A DNA stretch of 64,000 nucleotides, taken from Chrysomallon squamiferum. Its lineage: Eukaryota > Animalia > Mollusca. The notes beneath the pieces were generated by a model. That model had not been told where the DNA came from, made no database searches, and worked only from the letters and a program-made list of their open reading frames with translations. The stretch lies in contig CM022677.1 in the NCBI GenBank assembly GCA_012295275.1, positions 19,034,001 to 19,098,000 of the forward strand, written 5' to 3'. The number at the start of each line of letters is the position of its first letter. Positions within the stretch are counted from its first letter, which is position 1. The translations under genes and the position numbers were made by a program. Of the stretch, positions 1 to 13,180 are shown piece by piece.

Positions 1-160
1 GTCATATCTCGATATCTAAATTCAGTGTCATGTCTTGATATCTAAATTCAGTGTTATGTCTTGATATCTAAATTCAGTGTCATATCTTGATATATAAATT
101 CAGAATGTCACATCTTGATATATAAATTCAGAATGTCACATCTTGATATCTAAATTCACA
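1..160. repeat. ~26-28 bp minisatellite (gtcatatcttgatatctaaattca) in PPCS intron
   Basis: About 6 tandem copies are visible; the same unit recurs at 3265-3590. Confidence 0.85.
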
Positions 161-211
161 GTATCTTAACATTTTAATTATTATTATTATTATTATTTTT
201 TTTTTTATCAG

Positions 212-277
212 CTTGAAACAGATGAGCAGCTTTTAATCCATAAATCAAGAAATGCCTTGTCAACTTACAATCACCAG
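212..277 (+). CDS. PPCS: Phosphopantothenate--cysteine ligase, penultimate coding exon (LETDEQLLIHKSRNALSTYNHQ)
   Basis: Acceptor ttttatcag, donor CAG|gtaaat, 66 nt, phase 0/0. The peptide matches the recalled PPCS C-terminal motif (KLETD...RARKAL..YQHQ). Confidence 0.9.
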
Positions 278-938
278 GTAAATTATTTCTTCAGGTATCT
301 TGTTCTTTCATCTCTTTTAATCTTATAACATATCTGTTATTTATCATTTGGTGGCAGTTAAAATGATCGTTGCAGTTCAATGATCATTTCTTTTTGCGAT
401 GGTTGTTTTAAATTTGTTTCTACAGTTTTTTTCTTTCATGTTTGTGGTTGTGTACTTGTTTCAGTTATTTGTAGTTTTACACTGCTGGTTGTTTTTAATG
501 ATTGTTATTATTGATTGCAATCATTTTTGTGGTGGTTGTGATTTGTGCATTTTTTTAAACAGTCATTATTCTTTTTTTTTAAATATAATATTCACATACT
601 GTTGTGATGGTCGAAATGTTATTTGCATTTATTATTCATCATTTTAACATTAACATAATTATGATTATGATGGTTAAAATGATGGCTGCAGTAGTTGTTC
701 ATCGTTTTAATTATCCACGTATTTATGGTTGCATTTCTTAATCTTGTTTTGATGGTTTGATATGATGTTTTTTTTACTCTCAGCTGGTTGTGGTTGTAAT
801 GTTAATTATTCACCATTTAAATTTCACACTCACAGATTAAAGTGATGGTGATGCATACAGTTGTGACTTAACCAAAATAATTTTTTTAAATTTTATTTTA
901 TTTTTTTTAAATTTTAATTTTGTTTTTTAAATTCTCAG

Positions 939-1106
939 ATGGTGGTTGCCAACTTGCTGGACAAACGCAAGACCGAAGTCGTCTTGGTTACCATGACAAC
1001 GGTGGAGCCGCTGAAGCTTTCTGCTGAAGATGAAAACAAAGGCGTCGAGATAGAGCAGAAGATTGTTTCACTGTTGACCAAACATCACTCAGAGTTTTGT
1101 GGATAA
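939..1106 (+). CDS. PPCS: PPCS terminal coding exon (MVVANLLDKRKTEVVLVT...ENKGVEIEQKIVSLLTKHHSEFCG*)
   Basis: Acceptor attctcag, in phase with 212-277, TAA at 1104-1106. VVAN.L..R and KGVEIE.KIV..L...H..F are as in the animal PPCS C-terminus. The 5' part of the gene lies upstream of the window. Confidence 0.92.
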   Translation: MVVANLLDKRKTEVVLVTMTTVEPLKLSAEDENKGVEIEQKIVSLLTKHHSEFCG

Positions 1107-1149
1107 GTGATAAACACATATTTTTCTGAGAAAATTAATTGAGATCCAC

Positions 1150-2250
1150 CCGTTCTGCTGAGTTGTAATATATTCTTTGCAATAATTTGGTAAGCAAAGG
1201 TTTAAAATGAACATGTAGCATATTTACTGTGATTATTAGTGTTCCTGGTTTAGCTGAGTTGTAATATATTCTGTTGGATTTGCTGGTAAGAAAAAGGTTT
1301 TAAATGAACATGTAATATATTTACTGTGATTATTTAGTAATCGTGGTTTAGTTAAATTGTAATATATTCTCTGGGATTAAAAGGTTTAATTAAAATGTCA
1401 TATTTTTGGTGAACAGTAGTAATTAGTAATAAGGTTTTATTAAATTGTAGTATATTCTGTGCATTCATTAGAGATCAAAATTTAATTAAAATGTCATATT
1501 TTTTAACTGTAACCATTAGAAACCAAAGTTTAGCTAGATTGCAATACATTCTCTCCAGTAATTGGTAATCATTTCTTAATTAAAATGTCATATTTTTTAA
1601 CTGTAACCATTAGAAACCAAAGTTTACCTAGATTGCAATACATTCTCTCCAGTAATTGGTAATCATTTCTTAATTAAAATGTCATATTTTTTAACTGCAA
1701 CCATTAGAAACCAAAGTTTAGCTAGATTGCAATACATTCTCTCCAGATTGGTAATCAAATTAAAATGTCATATTTTTTAACTGTAACCATTAGAAACCAA
1801 AGTTTACCTAGATTGCAATACATTCTCTCCAGTAATTGGTAATCATTTCTTAATTAAAATGTTATATTTTTCTGTGACAATAAGTAGTAACCAAAGTTTA
1901 ACTAAACTGTAATATATTTTTCTGTGACCATTAGTAATAAAGCTTAGTTAAATTGGAATATATTATCTGCAGTAATTGGTAATCATTTTTTAATTAAAAT
2001 ATCATATTTTTCTCTGACAATATTTAGCAATCAAAGTTTAATTAAAATGTCATATATATTTTCTGTGATAACATTATAACTAAGCTTTAGCTGAACTGTA
2101 ACATTTTCTCTGCAGTAACTGGTAATCATTTTTTAAATTAAAATATCATATTTTTCTGCGACAATAATTAGTAATTGAGATGTAACCAAAGTGTAAGATA
2201 TTATCTGTGATCATTAGTAATTAAGGTTTAATTAAATATTGAAATACTAA
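1150..2250. repeat. ~90-95 bp tandem repeat downstream of PPCS stop
   Basis: Near-identical units aattaaaatgtcatattttttaactgtaaccattagaaaccaaagttta...ggtaatc at ~1485, 1578, 1671 and 1758, with degenerate flanking copies. Confidence 0.85.
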
Positions 2251-3264
2251 AATAGTGACCAAAATGCTATTAATTTTAATGTAACATGTTTTAACAGTGC
2301 TATGGATAAATGTAATTCAGTAACAAACAATAACACAAAATTTCTATGACTAAATTAGACACCTGATAACATTTATGAGAAAAATGAAAGAAAAACAAAA
2401 AGGTTGTAACCATCCAGAAAATCAATTATAGGTAATAATGTATCAAAACAATATCGGTGTGTTTAAATTAATGTTTATCATCAGCTTTTACAACATCACT
2501 AGAATATACTGTTTATTTTTTTTTACTGTCAGCTGTTTGTAAATGAAGTATTTGTTTAATTACATCAGTAAAACATATTGAATCGTTTTTCTACCATTAT
2601 GTATTGTATGTCAAACATATGTTTTAACAAGATCGTTGGAATAAATTTATTAATTTTCTATTTTCAGCTGTTATTCAGTAAAATCAGTATTATCTTCATT
2701 AATTTCTTGTCATTGATGATCAATATTGAATATATTGATTTGTTTGATCATCAGTAACTGAACATCAGACATTACTGTTTACATTTTTATAAACATCAAT
2801 GAAAATTTGATCACACATTCTATGGGAAAATAAACAAATTAATAATTATTTTTCTAATTTTTGTTACTTAGTTTCATTTTTGTCACTGAAGGATCCTGGT
2901 TCAAGACATGAAGAAGCCTTTTAAATATCACCATAGTCTGAGGTGTTGTATACAAAAACAAAAAACAATACAAGTGTAAGTGTGTATATATATATATATA
3001 TATGTATCTACATACATGGACATATACTTATTAGAACATGTGAATGTTTGCTCATACAAAATATATGTGTTCACAATAACACATTACAATGCATGGACAC
3101 ACACATGACACATTATACCACATGGACACATATGTTCATTACAGTGCATTACACTACAAGGACATACACTAACTACAAAACATATACTCACTACAGCATA
3201 TAAAACACATGAACCAAATATGATCATTAACTGTAATATATGTAACGTTGTAGGTGTTATATGT

Positions 3265-3590
3265 AGATATCCAAATTCAGTCATATCTTGATATCTAAAT
3301 CTGTAGTTTCATTATACTGATATCCAAATTCAGTCATATCTTGATATCTAAATTCAGTCATATCTTGATATCTAAATCTGTAGTGTCATTATATAGATAT
3401 CTAAATTCATAAAGTCATATATTGATATCTGAATTCACCATGTCATATCTTGATATCTAAATTCACCATGTCATATCTTGGTATCTAAATTCAGTGTCAA
3501 GAATCATGTCATGGTATCTGATTTCAGTCATGTCTTGATATCTAGATTTAAGAGTCAATTCGATAAATAAATTGATATCTAAATTCAGTA
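3265..3590. repeat. Second array of the gtcatatcttgatatctaaattca minisatellite
   Basis: Same unit and orientation as 1-160. Confidence 0.8.
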
Positions 3591-3691
3591 ATCATATGTT
3601 GAAAATCTCTTTATGAACACTTCTAATAGACAGACAGACAGACAGACAGACAGAGAAAAATGAAAAGAAACAACAGATCAATTTGTAATCA

Positions 3692-3705
3692 GTTTTATTT
3701 TATTT
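3692..3705 (-). terminator. Candidate polyadenylation signal (AATAAA) for the minus-strand receptor gene
   Basis: Tandem AATAAA on the minus strand followed by a GT/T-rich tract (tctgttgtttcttttcattttt). AATAAA is common in this AT-rich DNA, so this is weak. Confidence 0.25.
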
Positions 3706-3763
3706 TTTAAAAGATGAACTATTACAAGCTAATTTAAAACAACAATAAAAAATTATATATATG

Positions 3764-3813
<50 letters not shown>

Positions 3814-5324
3814 GTATGAATGTGAAAAAAAATAAATAATAATAATAATAATAATAATAAATTTAAATAATAATAATTAAAATAAAAATTTAAATAAAAA
3901 TATGATTTATTCATAATTAAAATTTGTTTTCTCTATTTTCTTTATTATTTCAGCAGTGGTTTCTGTTGTTAAAATTCAACTGTATTTACATTTCTAGTGA
4001 CACAAATTCAACATTTCTTCTTAAATTATCCCTACTGAAACAATTTTCATACTGTTGGCACAGTTATAAATTCAACATTTTATTGTCACAAATTCAATAT
4101 TTGTCACTACGTACTGGCATGGTTACAAATTCATCATTTGTAATGCAACTAATTCAACATTTGTCAGTTAATATTGGCACGGATACATGTAATATGATTA
4201 ATTTAACATTACAATTAAATTTAACATTTGTCATTTTGTTTTGGCATATTACAAAACTCAACATTTTAATGTCACTAATTCAACATCTGTTTTTGACACG
4301 TTACAAATTCAACATCCCTAAATTGACCAATTCAACATTGGTCATTATTTTAATTTCTTTTGGCATACTACAAAAATTCAGCATTTGTAATGTCACCAGT
4401 TTTAAAGTCAACATTTTAATGTGACTAATTCAACATTTGTCATGTTACAAAATCAACATACTTAATGTAACTAATTGAACATTGTTCATCATCATTATTA
4501 TTAATTTAAATTTTTTTTTTTGGCTTATACAAAAATTCAACATTTGTAATATCACCAGTTTAAACACGTCGACAGTTTAATGTCACTAATTCAGCATTTG
4601 CTTTGACATGCTACAAGATCAACATTTGAAATGTCACTACTTCAGTTATTTTATTCAGCATGGTTACAAATTCAACTCATGCTGTTACACTAGTTCAACA
4701 TCTTTCTTCCGTTACTTTAGTAACCAATTCAACTGTTCTCAAATTTAACCATTCTCTTCAGTGAAACATTTTCAACTTATAATAATACTATATATTTATA
4801 CATATTCCTGTTCAGTAACGGTAAAAGAAATAAAACAATGAAATAAAAGTAAAACACACAATAAAATAAATAATAAAAATACATCTGTTATTTACACTTT
4901 CAAGCAGGTGTGAAAAATACATACCCAAAGGGCATTCGGATAAACCGGTTGCAGAGCAAAAAGGCTAGAACGGGAAATACCTGAATAAGTACACTAAGGA
5001 GACTTACAATCTGAGAGCCTGTTAACTCTGACAACCAGTAACCATAATGAGAAAGAGAGAGAAAAAAAAAAAAAAAAAATTAATAATTAAAATAAAATCT
5101 TATGTGTTTGCTTGAGGAGGTTTCAAACTGATTTTGTTTTTTTTGTTTTTTTTGAGTCCGGAATCAACTCCTATTGCATACAATAATGAATGAGGCATAT
5201 CTCAAACATGAGCCTTATGAATTATACGATAAACTGAAATAAGGTATGTTAAAGTGTATAATGATGCTATCTATACCATGAGGCAAATGAGAAGAGGAGG
5301 CATGGTATCTTTAAATGATACGAG

Positions 5325-5470
5325 AGGCATATCTAAAAAAAGCATATGACAAGCATGGTATCTAAAACAAGGCATATGAAAGGCATGATACCTAAAACAA
5401 GGCATATGAAAGGCATGATATCTAAAACAAGGCATATGAAAGGCATGATGTCTAAAACAAGGCATATGAA
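5325..5470. repeat. 30-bp minisatellite (tctaaaacaaggcatatgaaaggcatgata)
   Basis: 4-5 tandem copies; source of the spurious FHMPCFRYHA ORF. Confidence 0.85.
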
Positions 5471-5989
5471 AAACATCTGAAGCATAAAGGCTATTCAAGG
5501 AGCACAACAATATGAGAAAGTGAAACAACGATCACAGGCAACAGATCTGAAACCAGCGACACGAGACAGACATGACTTGTATCTAAAACAAGACAATATC
5601 AGAAGCACTGTATCCAGGACATGAGGCGTATGAAAGACTTGAGACAGTGGAGGATGAGGCACAGAAGACAAAGACTAGAGAGAAAAATGGAAACAAAAAC
5701 GCTGAGGCACAGTGAGAGGCAATGGCGATGGCAAGACTGAGGCAAGATCTCGTACACAAGACAGTCAAGTCCTTAACCTTCTGGAAGGTCAAGCGGGGGA
5801 AAAAAAGAAAAGAAAAGAAAGGGGGACTTAGAGCCCCATTGGAAGAATGGGTTTCATTATAAAAATCAGACAACCTAAATTCCATTTAGTCACTTTAAGT
5901 GAAGCATCTGAGTGATGAGGCAAACCAGGAATAAGAAATAAGAAATTTGTAAAGAAATGAATTCTATCAGTGATATTAAGAGTTGTAAA

Positions 5990-6340
5990 CTTTGGTTACA
6001 TCTGTGGCATGAAGCTTGGTTATTGCTAAGGCATGAAGTGTGGTTACACCTAAGGCATAAAGCTTGGTTACACCTAAGGCATAAAGCTTATTTACACCTA
6101 AGGCATGAAGTATAGTTGTATCTAAGACATGATGTCTGGTTATATCTAAGGCATAAAGCTTGGTCACACCTAAGGCATAAAGCTTGGTTACACCTAAGGC
6201 ATACAGCTTGGTTACACCTAAGGCATAAAGCTTGGTTACACCTAAGGCATAAAGCTTGGTTACATCTAAGGCATGAAGCTTGGTTACATCTAAGGCATGA
6301 AGCTTGGTTACATCTAAGGCTTGGCATCTGGTTACAGCTA
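5990..6340. repeat. 24-bp minisatellite (cctaaggcataaagcttggttaca)
   Basis: About 14 contiguous copies with no spacers. Confidence 0.9.
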
Positions 6341-6642
6341 AGCAATTGAATATGTGAAGCTTGTGAATCTATTGATTTTATAACCTGTAGCAGCAGCAGG
6401 AGGATAAAGCTAATCACCAATGAGGCATCCATGTAGTGACTACCACTGACCAGCGCGAGATGTTGAGGCTTTCCTGAGGCATAAAAAAACAACAACAACA
6501 TTTGATTAGTCTGAGAGGTTCTAGGGACTGAGAGAGACAACTGACGATGTATGAACTGTACGATTCCGATTCTTTTGAGTCGAGAGATTTGGAGAAGTAA
6601 CGTATTTGAGACAAATGCAATACCAAATCAGAAAAATGCATT

Positions 6643-6742
<100 letters not shown>

Positions 6743-7639
6743 ACATCTCTCTCTCAAGATGCAGTATGAGGTGTGGTTATATCTGATATGACATTAAAAT
6801 ATCTGAATGCGTTGAGGTATTTTCGAGCAGCATATGAATCCAGACAGACACAGTACACACGACACGCAATGATGACAGCAAGCGATGTGTGTGCAATATG
6901 AAACACTAACAAAGCACATGAGGCATGATGCTGATCAAAGAGGCATGGTACATTTCAGAGAGAGGCATAGAAGTGGGGTACGTAACAAGTGATACATGCA
7001 GCATCAAAAAAAACAAACACTTGCAAGCACGTGAGACTTGACTGCAAATCAAAGAGGCATGATGTTATTTCAGAGAGGCATAAAATTGGATATACATATA
7101 TATATATAGAATGAGACAGAATGTTGTGTATCTGAGATATGAGTGAGAGAGAGTCAGAGAGACAGAGAGATAAACATGATTTTTTAATGTGGTCAATCTT
7201 GTTACTGTTTAACCTGAGAAAGAAAAAAAAAAAAAAAAAAAAAAAAAAATGTATTCTGAGGTAGGTTTTAAAAAACGTTTGTTTTTATTTTTTTTAATAT
7301 AAAAAAAAGGTGTATTTGAGGTATCTGTTATGTTCATGAGTGCACTTAGTTGTTTTTTTTTTTTTTTTTTTTTAAAAACCTGAATTGTGTAAAAACTTGT
7401 TCAATATATATACTGGCTCTGTTAGGAAATTTAAAAAAAAAAAAAAAAAAAAGAAAAAAGATGTAGATGAGGTATTCTGTGATGTTTACATTTAGCAGAC
7501 ATATTTGTTGTTTTTTAAAAACTGGCTGGATAGAGTGTATTTGAGAAGTGTTTTTTAAAAGTGACTGGTAGTAGAGTCCAGCCAACACAACAAACGACGA
7601 AAACAAAACATAGATCATGAAAAACTCCAGTGGATTACA

Positions 7640-8610
7640 GTATCATCAGATCAGTTGCTTGAAAACTTCACAATGTGTAACAGTATCATCAGATCAGTTG
7701 CTTCAAAACTTCACAATGTGTAACACTAGCAGATCAGTTGCTTCAAAACTTCATTATGTGTAACAGTATTAGATCAGTTGCTTCAAAACTTCACAATGTG
7801 TAACACTAGCAGATCAGTTGCTTCAAAACTTCATTATGTGTAACAGTATTAGATCAGTTGTTTGAAAACTTCACAATGTGTAACAGTAGCAGATTGGTTG
7901 CTTCAAAACTTCACAATGTGTAACAGTATCATCCGATCAGTTGCTTCAAAACTTCACAATGTGTAACAGTAGCAGATCAGTTTCTTGAAAACTTCACAGT
8001 TTGTAACAGTATCAGATCAGTGGCTTGCAAACTTCACAATGTGTGAAAGTATTAAGTCTTTTGCTTGAAAACATCGGCATTGATATTAGTTACATGACTA
8101 TCATTTTCAGATCAACTATATCACTGTGCTTCAGTATCAGATCTATTGCTTGAAAACTTCAGTGTTAAATTATCAAATTAGTTACTTCAAAACTTCACAT
8201 GACAGATCATAACTTCAGTGTTTACAATATCAGATCAATTTTTCAAAAACGTCAGTATTACAGGATCACATCAGTTCATCAGAAAACTTCAGTGTTTGCA
8301 ATATCAGATCACTTGCTTGAAAACTTCAATGTTTATAATTATCAGATCAATTTCTTGAAAATGTCAGTAGTACAATATCAGAGAAAAACGTTAGTGTTAA
8401 ACATCAGAAAAAACTTCAGTGTTGAAATATCAGATCAGCTGCTAAAAAAAAAACTTCAATATGTTAGAAACTTCAGTGTTTGCAATATCAGATCACTTGC
8501 TTGAAAACTTCAATGTTTATAATTATCGGATCAATTTCTTGAAAACTTCAGTGTGTTAGAAACTTCGGCGTTTGCAATATCAGATCATCAGCTGCTCAAA
8601 AACTTCAGTG
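7640..8610. repeat. ~40-bp minisatellite (agatcagttgcttcaaaacttcacaatgtgtaacagt), degenerating rightwards
   Basis: About 10 clear copies in 7640-8050 and diverged copies to 8610. Confidence 0.85.
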
Positions 8611-9168
8611 TGTTGGACTTTGGCTCCTCTGTGATACAAAGGAAAGTGCTGCTGAACCGTGAACATCTGCACAGGTAAATCAAGACTTCAGTAAACATCC
8701 CTACAGAAAGACAGGTACATGTCACCTGACCCACTGTACAATGAGGTTACTTAGTACCATCCGTGGAATTAATTTTATGCTTCTGTGAATACTTTTTAAC
8801 CAGCGTCCTTTGTTTTTACAACTGTTAAGAATGATGCAACAAAACTGGTGACTTTTACAAAACTGCCACACTGATACAACTGGTCCCTTATGCAGTCCCT
8901 TTCACTGACTGATACAACAATCTGATGTCTTATTACAACTGTCAGTCTGATACAACAAGCTTAGTACCTCATACAGCGTGAAGCTACTGCCAAGGTAACA
9001 ATTTTTGGTTTGTTAATGTCTGATGTTTATAATCTGCGATGTAATTATCAGTTTCCTCGTACCTCTGATGAGCTACCAAACACTGACAGTAAGTAACACA
9101 TGATAATAGTGTCTCTGTCACACAACCTTCACAGTTTCAGCTACGACTGAAATGTCAGTTTGGTAAAG

Positions 9169-9205
<37 letters not shown>

Positions 9206-9368
9206 TTCGTTTCTTTTTTCTTTTCTTTTCTTCTTACTAACATCCTGATAGAGTAATTAAATCATTTATTCTTTTATCTTTACATATATATGTATATATA
9301 TATATATATATATATTTTTATGTATATATATATATATAATTTTTTTTTTTTATCTTTGTATCTATCTA

Positions 9369-9425
<57 letters not shown>

Positions 9426-10423
9426 CTTCTCAACTTCTTTTAAAATCGTTCAACCTTCTTCACATAAAGAAAAAAAAAATTAATTTAATTTAACAGACAG
9501 TGATTGGATTTGTTTACTTCTTCAAATATCTCTGAAATCTGATACCTGACAAAGGCATCGGTGGGTGGGGCTAGCATGGGTGGATGGACCACACCCACCC
9601 CACACACACCCACACACACTCCCCCTTCAGATGAATTACCTCTCATCTCCATGATCATGATCATTAATTCGTAACATTTTTTTTTTATATATATATATAT
9701 AGAACTTTTATAATACCAGCATTTGGACATTGTCTCCTGATCTGTTCATTATTGAAGGTGCTAGTTTGAATTTACCTAAAACTATGCCCTACTAGAAACT
9801 AAAAAAAAAAAAAAAAAAATTCTTTCATTTTAATATTTAAAAACTGTGAGCAAGTTGAAAAAAAGAAAGAAAAAAAAATTTAATAAAAAAAATTCACGTC
9901 ACAGTTAGTTATAAAATGATTGAGATTTCAGACTCATGACAATTAAAAAACAATTTCATGTCAAATAAAAAAGAAAAGCATGATTGAAATTTCATGATGT
10001 TAAAAATATTAAAATTTACAAAAAAAAAATTGTGAATTTAGTGGATTTCAGCATATAATAGTCACCCGTCTGACCTTTTTTTTTAAAATCTGTTATAACA
10101 AATGTCTGTCTGTGTGTCTGTGTGTGTGTGTGTCTGTCAACAAAGTACAATCTAAGAGACTACAATTTCCAAAAATAATAAACTTTTTTTTTTTAAATGG
10201 TAACAATGATTTCAAAAAAAAAAAGACAAAAAAAAAAGCATAAAAATTGTAACAATGACTAAAAAAAAACAAAAAAGCATGAAACAAGAAAATGGCTTCT
10301 AAAACTGAATGTGCCACGAAGAAAGAATAATTCGCACACTTCTGAAACTTAAAAACAGTGACAATAATAATAATAATAACAATAATAATAATAATAATAA
10401 TAACAATAATAATAATAATAATA

Positions 10424-10455
<32 letters not shown>

Positions 10456-10568
10456 GTAAGAGTAATAATACTAATAACAATAGTAATAATAGTAATAATA
10501 ATAATAAAAATAATAACAATAATAATAATAATAGTAATAATAATAATAATAATAACAAAAATAATAAC

Positions 10569-10612
<44 letters not shown>

Positions 10613-10706
10613 CAACAACAACAACACTGGCAATGAAGAAACAACAATTCCGTAACGAGAATTCCTTTTAAATTTAAAATGCTTGTCACACACACACACA
10701 CACACA

Positions 10707-10757
<51 letters not shown>

Positions 10758-10769
10758 TACGGGGCAAAT

Positions 10770-12404
10770 TCAGCAGCTGCGTTCGCACGCGGTTGCCACG
10801 ACGATGAGGTATTTCGGCGCGGCTGCTTTGCCCCGCCCTTGGCTCGCATCGTCCTTGGCCTGTCCGCCGAGGGCGGCAGGGGTGGGGGAGGGGTGGGGGG
10901 TCGGTCGATGCCGCCGCTGCCACAGCCAGCTGCGTGCGTCGGTGCGGAGACGTAGCTGCAGTCACACGAGGTAGTAGAGCGATGCTGCTGCGAACAGTGG
11001 AGGCTGCTTCCAGAGAAAGGCTGATCTCCTGAGTTGTTGTTGTTGGTGTTGTTGTTGTTGGTGTTGGTGTGGTGGTGGTGGTGGTGGTGGATGGCGTCTG
11101 CAACAACGTTGTCGTCGTCGTGTCGTAGTCGTGGTTGTGGTTGTGGTTGTGGTTGTGGTGGTGGTGGATGGCTGAGGTACGCGCGACGACGCAGTTAGTG
11201 TCTTTTTCAGGCAACCTGCGTGGCTTGCTGTCGTCCTTTAGCTGCAACACGTGTGGAGGTGAGGTTTCGTTCTGCTGCTTGTCGGGTCTTTTTCCGTTAA
11301 CTCGCGTGGAGTCGAGGTTTCTTCCCTCGCGTTATCAATGTCTTTTATTGGTGGTAGCCTCTGTGGAAGGCAGTCATTTTCTTGTAATTTCTGTGGAGGT
11401 AATTCTTTTTCTTGTAACTTCTGTGGACATAATTCCTTTTCTTGTAACTTCTGCAGAGATAATTCTTTTTCTTGTAACTTCTGCAGAGGTAATTCTTTTT
11501 CTTGTGTTTTCTGTTGAGAGAATTCTTTTTCTTGTGTTTTCTGCAGAGATAATTCTTTATCTTGTAACTTCTGCAGAGATAATTCTTTTTCTTGTAACTT
11601 CTGCAGAGATAATTCTTTTTCTTGTAACTTCTGTGGAGATAATTCTTTTTCTTGTAATTTCTGCAGAGATAATTCTTTTTCTTGTAACTTCTGTGGAGAT
11701 AATTCTTTTTCTTCTAATTTCTGCAGAGATAATTCTTTTTCTTGTAACTTCTGTGGAGATAATTCTTTTTCTTGTAACTTCTGCAGAGATAATTCTTTTT
11801 CTTCTAATATCTGCGGAGAAGAGGTTTCCTCTATAAGTTTACTGTCTTTTACTAGCAACTTGTGTGGAGATGAGCTTTCTTTTCCCAATGCATGGCTCTC
11901 TTTTTTTCGTGCCTTGCGTGGTGATGACGATGAGGTCTTTTCTGACAACTTGTCGTCTTTTTCTAACAACTCGTGTGGAGATAAGATTTCTTTTTCTGAG
12001 GTTCTGTGCTCAGTTGCATTTCTTGTCACCTGATTCACATTTGACCCTTTCTGGCCACAACTGTGACACTTTGTGACGACACTAGTGGCGTCACTCTCTG
12101 AATAACACTGACACTGACACCTCGAACTGTCAGAATCGTATCTGACGACACATCCTTTGGGCATGATGACGCAGCTTTCACGTGCAACGTCTTCGTCACA
12201 GTCGTCAACAACGTCTGCACTGTGTGAGTCAGAGCGAATGACAGTTTTTATCTGTTTGTCTGTCTGTCCGTCTGTTTTCTCGGTATCCTTCAGCGACTCG
12301 GTGCTGTGGTTGGTGTTGCTGTGGTTAGCTGTGTGGAGGTTGTTGTCAGATGTGTGACGTCCGTCTGTTGATGCAAACATCACGGCAAGCAAACTTTCTT
12401 GTTC
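10770..12404 (-). CDS. Receptor exon 17, low-complexity cytoplasmic tail with 10-aa repeats (stop at 11238 as assembled; probable continuation to ~10770)
   Basis: Poly-T tag acceptor, in frame with ORF 11238-12392. The shifted frame continues the same ETSP..L..KDD repeat pattern. Confidence 0.65.
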
Positions 12405-13149
12405 CTATAAAAAAAAAAAAAAATTAAATTTATTTAAAAATAAATTTTGAAAATGTATGTTTTGTGTATTATTTATGTAAATAAAATAAGGTGCTGTGTG
12501 ACAGGAAAATGTCATTAAATTAAATAAATAAATAAATAAATAAATAAGTGAGTAAATAAATAAATGAAGTAAAATAAATGAATAAATAAATAAAGTAAAA
12601 AAAAAATTAGATATATATATGTATATAAGTAAATAAATAAAGTAAAAAAGAAAATATATACATATATAAATAAATTTAGAAAAGTAAAATAAATAAGTAA
12701 GTAAATAAATTAATAAAGTAAAATAAATAAATAACAAATAAATAAATAAATAAATAAAGGAAACTAACTAACTAACTAACTAAATAAATAAATAAAGTAA
12801 ACTAAGTAAATAAATAAATAAATAAATAAATAATTTGTTTTTTAAAAAGACCATTGTTTTAAAACATAGTAAATATTACAAATGAGAACCTCTGTGTTGC
12901 TGTGGTCACCATCGCCTGCATGGAAGACAGCAACGTGGCCGTTCATTTTCTGATTCAGCTTCAACTGCGACAGCAGCAGCTTGTTGCAACATATTCCATT
13001 CTTAACAACAACTACACCATCACCACCCTGCAAAAAAACAGAATAATTGTCGTCGTTTCTTGAAATCAGTCTTAGCAATTTTCCAGATGATGATGATGAT
13101 GATGATGATGATAAAAAGGGAAAGAATAAGAATATGAAGAAGAAGAAGA

Positions 13150-13180
<31 letters not shown>

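Noticed and set aside
5990-6340. 24-bp repeats as a CRISPR array, or ORFs with LRCNQA/HLRHKAW repeats as proteins
   Set aside because: The units are contiguous without unique spacers, the context is eukaryotic with no cas genes, and the ORFs arise only because the period is a multiple of 3.
11135-11836. + strand hydrophobic repeat ORF (LVTSAEIILF)n as a membrane protein
   Set aside because: It is the antisense shadow of the 30-bp coding repeat in receptor exon 17, with no independent start or splice support.
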